DNA of 54,618 bases, the filler included, from Catajapyx aquilonaris (taxonomy: Eukaryota), in NCBI GenBank assembly GCA_000934665.2. It is 3 parts of 3 records of this genome, joined end to end, with 100 filler letters (N's around TTAATTAATTAA, not from the genome) between each part and the next. Parts side by side here need not be neighbours in the genome. Positions count along the whole stretch, not along the records: positions 36,475 to 54,618 come from JYFJ02006762.1; 2 more parts are not named here. One strand, given 5' to 3'. Every line of letters begins with the position of its first letter. Position 1 is the first letter of the stretch. The position numbers and the translations under genes are program-made. This document shows, piece by piece, positions 49,519 through 54,618 of the stretch. Below the pieces are notes generated by a model. It made no database searches. It was not told the DNA's origin and saw nothing but the letters and a program-made list of their open reading frames with translations.

Positions 49519-49717
49519 AAATTAATATGTAAAAATTATAACTAATAGCTGAAATTAATATGTAAAAATTATAACTAATAGCTGAAATTAATATGTAAAA
49601 ATTATAACTAATAGCTAAAATTAATATGTAAAATTATAACTAATAGCTAAAATTAATATGTAAAATTATAACTAATAACTAAAATTAACATGTAAAAATA
49701 ATTATAACTAATAACTG
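49519..49717. repeat. 32-33 bp AT-rich minisatellite
   Basis: AAATTAATATGTAAAA(A)TTATAACTAATAGCT(G/A), about 6 copies. Confidence 0.95.
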
Positions 49718-51850
49718 TAAAATTAATGGATTATATAAGTAATAACTAAATAAATAATCGGTATGGAAATCATGACTATTAAATAAATAATAACTGACAA
49801 CTCACTAATAACTTATAACTGACTAATGACTAATAAAAATAACCAACAACTAATCATACACAAGTCGATATAACTGATAAAATAAATTCTAGTAAAAGTT
49901 AACTAATAAAGAAATTAATAATTAAACAGGATATCTCCTAATGTCACTTTCGTCCCCTATGAAATAAAATATGAATAAATATATAGTCTGTAAATATTCA
50001 ATAATAATCAGTTACATTTCGATTCGAATAATTTTCACACCAAAATACTTGCTAGAGTCACACTCCTTGAACCATGCCCTTTAAAACGAACTAGAAGCAG
50101 ACGCCAGCACTTCAAGAAGTGCAAACTTTAGCAAGCTGCCTTAGATAACAGGTGACATGATTCGCTAAAAAATAATTCGCGATGATAAACGCATGGGGGC
50201 AGTTGGTTTTAATGAAGCGTTTTTTCTTTCTTTGCGACATTTCCAGAATTCGCAATCGGGTCGGTGGGAGAATTCGCAACCAAAAAAACGGCATCTAAAA
50301 TGAAGGCATGTCGCGGTTCGTTCCTTCTGACACTATAATTAGACTCGTCTTTTTCGCGTAATTGGCACCGACACGACGAATATGTCCAGATAATTATCGA
50401 TTGGGGACACCACCAAAGTATAATAAATCTAGTGTCATACTCACGATTGTGCAATGTCAATGCCACATGTAGCATGATGTTTAATGATTGATTGCATATT
50501 TATTTATATTATTGATTTTACGTACTAAATTAAATTTCACACACTTTGATGTATATCATTGGATTCTAATTTTATGCAGGTTACTTATTCAGTAATTTGT
50601 TTTCTTAAGATTGTTTATTCGATTCAGTTTATTTTGACTTTATTCTCCATGTTTATTTTTACTCTATTCTGAATATTTATTTTTAATTTATTTTACATAT
50701 TTATTTTGACTATATTCTGCAAATTTATTTTGTTACATTTAAGTAATGTAGGTTACTGCAACAATACTGACATTTTTTCCCTAGTTATTTAATAATTTTG
50801 TTATTTTCTCGTTCATCTCATTCATTTAATTTTGATTTATTTTATGCATGTTATGCATTTTATTTGCTTATTAATTATTTATGCATATTATTTATTTATC
50901 TATTACACATTTACGAGTGAAGCCCTTGCCAAAACATGGCAGCACTGCCCCGGACGTAATACCATGTCCCTCACACAGGCCATTCCTCTCTATATACAAA
51001 CCACTGATGCCTCAGCATGGACAGAGGCACAAAGCCAATTCTATATCAGATTCTAACTATTATTATTATCCACTTTATTTATTTAATAGTAACGGTATGT
51101 TCGTACACACGCAAATTTTGGTATGCACATAGGCGACCTATGTTGGACCTGAACCTCCAAATGTTTTTTTCCGTCCAATTTGTCCCGCCTAATGAACATA
51201 TCTAACTTCAGACCGTAATTTTCCTCCAAATTTCCTGCACCCATTCCAAACACCAGGGATCCTGATCCCCACCCAAAAAAAGAGGCGAATTGGAGTTAAA
51301 ACAAAAAAAAATGGCGGAGGGTTTTATCCCCCGGATTCATTTCCGGAACCGCAATTCCAGAGTCTCCTCACGTAAGGAGCGTATCACCCAAAAGATTTTC
51401 CGCCTCTCTGACCTCCGCTCTTTCTCATATTCTGAATCGCAGCTGAGAAGAAGACAAAAAAAATGGGTTACTATAAAGGGGGGGTATGAAATAAAAAGTC
51501 AGGTGGCGCCCTCTCGACGGGTTATTTTGTCCGGATGTCTCGGCACTACATCAGTCCGGATTTGGACGAAGAGAACTTTTTATTTTTTTTAAAAAAAAAG
51601 GGGGGGGACGTTCATGGCCGGTATAACCTCTGATCCAGGGAGGGAGGGTTTAATGGAGCAGGTACTATCCCGGACATAAAGAGGAAGCTTACATGTTGGG
51701 TCGGAATGAGGCGCTTCCATCACGTGTCTAGAGTTGGAATTATAGGAATGGGGTACTGCCCGTTTGTTGCGNGGGGGGGGGGGGTATCCGACTGTTTCAA
51801 CCTGATATGAGTAGCTAATGTAGCTAGTTGCAAGATAGCTATAACATATA

Positions 51851-52057
51851 CAGGGTGGTTCAAGTTCAAGTGTCGTTTTATAACGGCGATTAATAGAAGC
51901 GCTTAACGATGACGTAGCAGCGACGTGTAAAATTGCCCACTTCGATGGCGCCGAAGATGCGCCGAAGTGGGACATTTTACGCGTCGCTGCTACGTCATCG
52001 CAAAATCACTGCTATTAATCGCCGTTATAAGACGACACTTGAACTTCGACCACCCTG
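51851..52057. mobile_element. Tc1/mariner-type palindromic MITE, copy 1 (207 bp)
   Basis: TA|CAGGGTGGTTCAAGTTCAAGTGTCGT...ACGACACTTGAACTTCGACCACCCTG|TA; almost wholly self-complementary. Confidence 0.9.
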
Positions 52058-52323
52058 TATAGCTATAATTATTAACATATATTATCATTAACATATATGT
52101 GCCAGTGACGTTTGTTATTGCGAAGTTGGTTTGTTTTTTGGGGGGGGGGTTACGACTATTTATACCTGCTATTAGTAGCTAATATAGCTGCTTTTATGCA
52201 GCAGTTATTTGCAAAGGGTAGCTATAACATAACTGTAGGTGGTCGTTTGTTGAAAAGTCATTTTCGGTGGAAATATTTGGACGGCCTCAAACCTGATATT
52301 ACTAGCTAATATAGCTGCTTATA

Positions 52324-52530
52324 CAGGATGGTCCAAGTTCAAGTGTTGTTTTATAACGGCGATTAATAGAAGCGCTTAACGATGACGTAGCAGCGACGTG
52401 TAAAATTGCCCACTTCGATGGCGCCGAAGATGCGCCGAAGTGGGACATTTTACGCGTCGCTGCTACGTCATCGCAAAATCACTGCTAAGAATCGCCGTTA
52501 TAAAACGACACTTGAACTTGGACCACCCTG
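52324..52530. mobile_element. Tc1/mariner-type palindromic MITE, copy 2 (207 bp)
   Basis: TA|CAGGATGGTCCAAGTTCAAG...CTTGAACTTGGACCACCCTG|TA; differs from copy 1 at only a handful of sites. Confidence 0.9.
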
Positions 52531-53663
52531 TATATACCAGTGGCTTGTAGGAGGTATCTATAACATGTACCGGTAGCTATCTGTCATGGTCGTTTGCTGC
52601 AGTTATTTTCTGGGGTAATATTATTTTGGACGGTCTGAACCTGACATTAGTAGCTAATGTAGCTGCTTGTTAAACAGCAGTAACTTCCAAAAGAGCTACA
52701 ACATAGCTGTAAGTGTCAAGGACGTTGGTTGCGAAGCTGGTTTTGGGGGGTTTCCAGCTGTTTCAACTTGATATTAATAGCTAATATAGCAACTAAACAT
52801 AGCAGTGACTTGCACTATATGTCTAGCTATAAATATCTAGGTTGTTGTGAAGCTATATTTCACATGGCTCAACCCAATATTGGTAGATAAGCTGCTTTTG
52901 TACAGCAGTAACTCGTAGTTGATATAGTATAATTGTACGAGCTCCCAAATATTAACTGACAATGTAAATTCATGCAGTGTTTGAACAGCACGATTAGTAG
53001 CTAATATATCAGTAGAGCTGCTTAATATAAAGCAGTTACTTTTGGAATACCTGCTATATGAGTATCATTCCTTCATACGGGTTATGCTTAACTTAGCATG
53101 ATGTTAGTAGCTATATAGCATCAAGTAGCTTTGTAATAAGCAGCTTAGAAAATATTTATGTCGTAAATTGCAACGAGTTATTTGCAAAAATTAAAATGTG
53201 TCTCAAATAAATTCATCCTATCATTAGAAGCTAATTCAAAAGTAGCTAAAGGTAACTGTTACATAATAAGCAGCTTGCTAACAATCTTTTTGCTATTTCG
53301 TGCAGTACGTTTTAGCCGGCTATTCTTTTTCGGCTGAAAGGGTTAGATAAGCTTGAATCCAAATCACGAAACTGGGTTGAGCAAACAAAGGTGATTGGCT
53401 GAGAAAGAAAAGAAAAGGTAAATAAAAAGAGGTTAAAAGCACGAATGAAGGTTCGCGTGTAGCCGTCATAATATTTTAAACCGATCACCTATCACGGTTA
53501 AGGATCTGTCATGTCGGAAAAAGTAGGCCAACAATGCGACGTGGCAACAAAGGACGGTTGAAAACAATTCGTGTTTTAAAAGAATGGACACAAAATGGCG
53601 GTCGGCTGTGTGTATGGCCCAATATTTATGTTAAGAAACCTACTATTTCCTTTTTTACCATTT

Positions 53664-54352
53664 AATTTATTTACTACGGTATTTTAAACTACTGGTTTTA
53701 AAACAAATTATTTACTATGGTATTTTAAACTATTTTAAAACAATTTACTACGGTATTTTAAACTATTTTAAAACAATTTACTACGGTATTTTAAACTACT
53801 GGTTTTAAAACAATTTATTTACGACGGTATTTTAAACTATTTTAAAACAATTTACTACGGTATTTTAAACTATTTTAAACCAATTTATCTACCATATTAA
53901 ACTATTTTAAAGCAATTTATGTACTATATTAAACTATTTTAAAGCAATTTATGTACTATATTAAACTATTTTAAAACAATTTATTTACTACATTAAACTA
54001 TTTTAAAACAATTTATTTACTATATTAAACTATTTTAAAACTGCCGTATTTTAAAACTATTTTAACTATTTAAAACTATTTTTACTATTTTCACTATTTA
54101 AAACTATTTTAACTATTTTAACTATTTAAAACTATTTTAACTATTTTAATTATTTAAAACTATTTAAAACTATTTTATCTATTTAAAACTATTTTATCTA
54201 TTTAAAACTATTTTATCTATTTAAGACTATTTATCTATTTAAAACTATTTTATCTATTTAAAACTATTTTATCTATTTAAGACTATTTATATATTTAAAA
54301 CTATTTTATCTACTTAAAACTATTTTATCTACTTAAAACTATTTTTTCTATT
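53664..54352. repeat. Compound AT-rich minisatellite (about 33-bp units grading into about 19-bp units)
   Basis: TTTACTACGGTATTTTAAACTATTTTAAAACAA units, then TATTTAAAACTATTTTATC units. Confidence 0.92.
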
Positions 54353-54618
54353 TTAATACTATTTATTAATTATTTGTTGCTATTTTTATCTGTAATAACA
54401 AGAGAGTTATTAGCTCTTGGTAATAATTACAGGCTACTATAATCGGCTCTCTGTCTGTCCGTTTGGTGATTTGTTTGTCCGGGGGGTGAGTCATCATTTC
54501 CGATCAGCTAGGTGCATGTGGTACAGTGCTGGACACAATAGCATATAACAAGTGTAAACAACGACTTTGGCGTTACCTGGCAACTGGTCGTGTTCGGACA
54601 TCGTCATGTGGAGAGTGC

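Larger units (their letters stand above)
51790..53280. repeat. Old degenerate tandem repeat (about 110-130 bp unit)
   Basis: The AACCTGATATTAGTAGCTAATATAGCTGCT..GCAGTTA motif recurs at about 51800, 52170, 52290, 52640, 52765, 52995 and 53105. Confidence 0.65.

Overview
Eukaryotic genomic DNA, very likely arthropod (Thr1-type histone H4, a DSC1/NaCP60E channel exon, GT-AG introns), from a draft assembly with N gaps. The first 15 kb is gene-dense. It holds a 4-exon Myb/SANT-like DNA-binding protein gene (- strand, about 378 aa), an isolated divergent replication-dependent histone H4/H3 pair with 3' stem-loops, a 5'-truncated non-LTR retrotransposon, and a 10-exon luciferase/4CL-like acyl-CoA synthetase gene (+ strand, about 582 aa). 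That enzyme has a predicted N-terminal MGACGS acylation signal, no PTS1, and several substituted adenylation residues. From about 15.2 to 48 kb I find no credible coding exon, only non-autonomous elements (two tRNA-derived SINE copies with TSDs; piggyBac-, mariner-, hAT/P-, Harbinger- and Helitron-like elements; a foldback-like structure built of 182-bp repeats), long palindromes and minisatellites. At 48340 the first coding exon of a DSC1/NaCP60E-type voltage-gated cation channel begins; the rest of that gene lies beyond the window. I see no CRISPR array, rRNA or bona fide tRNA gene. Gene models were spliced by hand from splice-site and phase consistency, and family assignments come from recognised motifs, not database searches.
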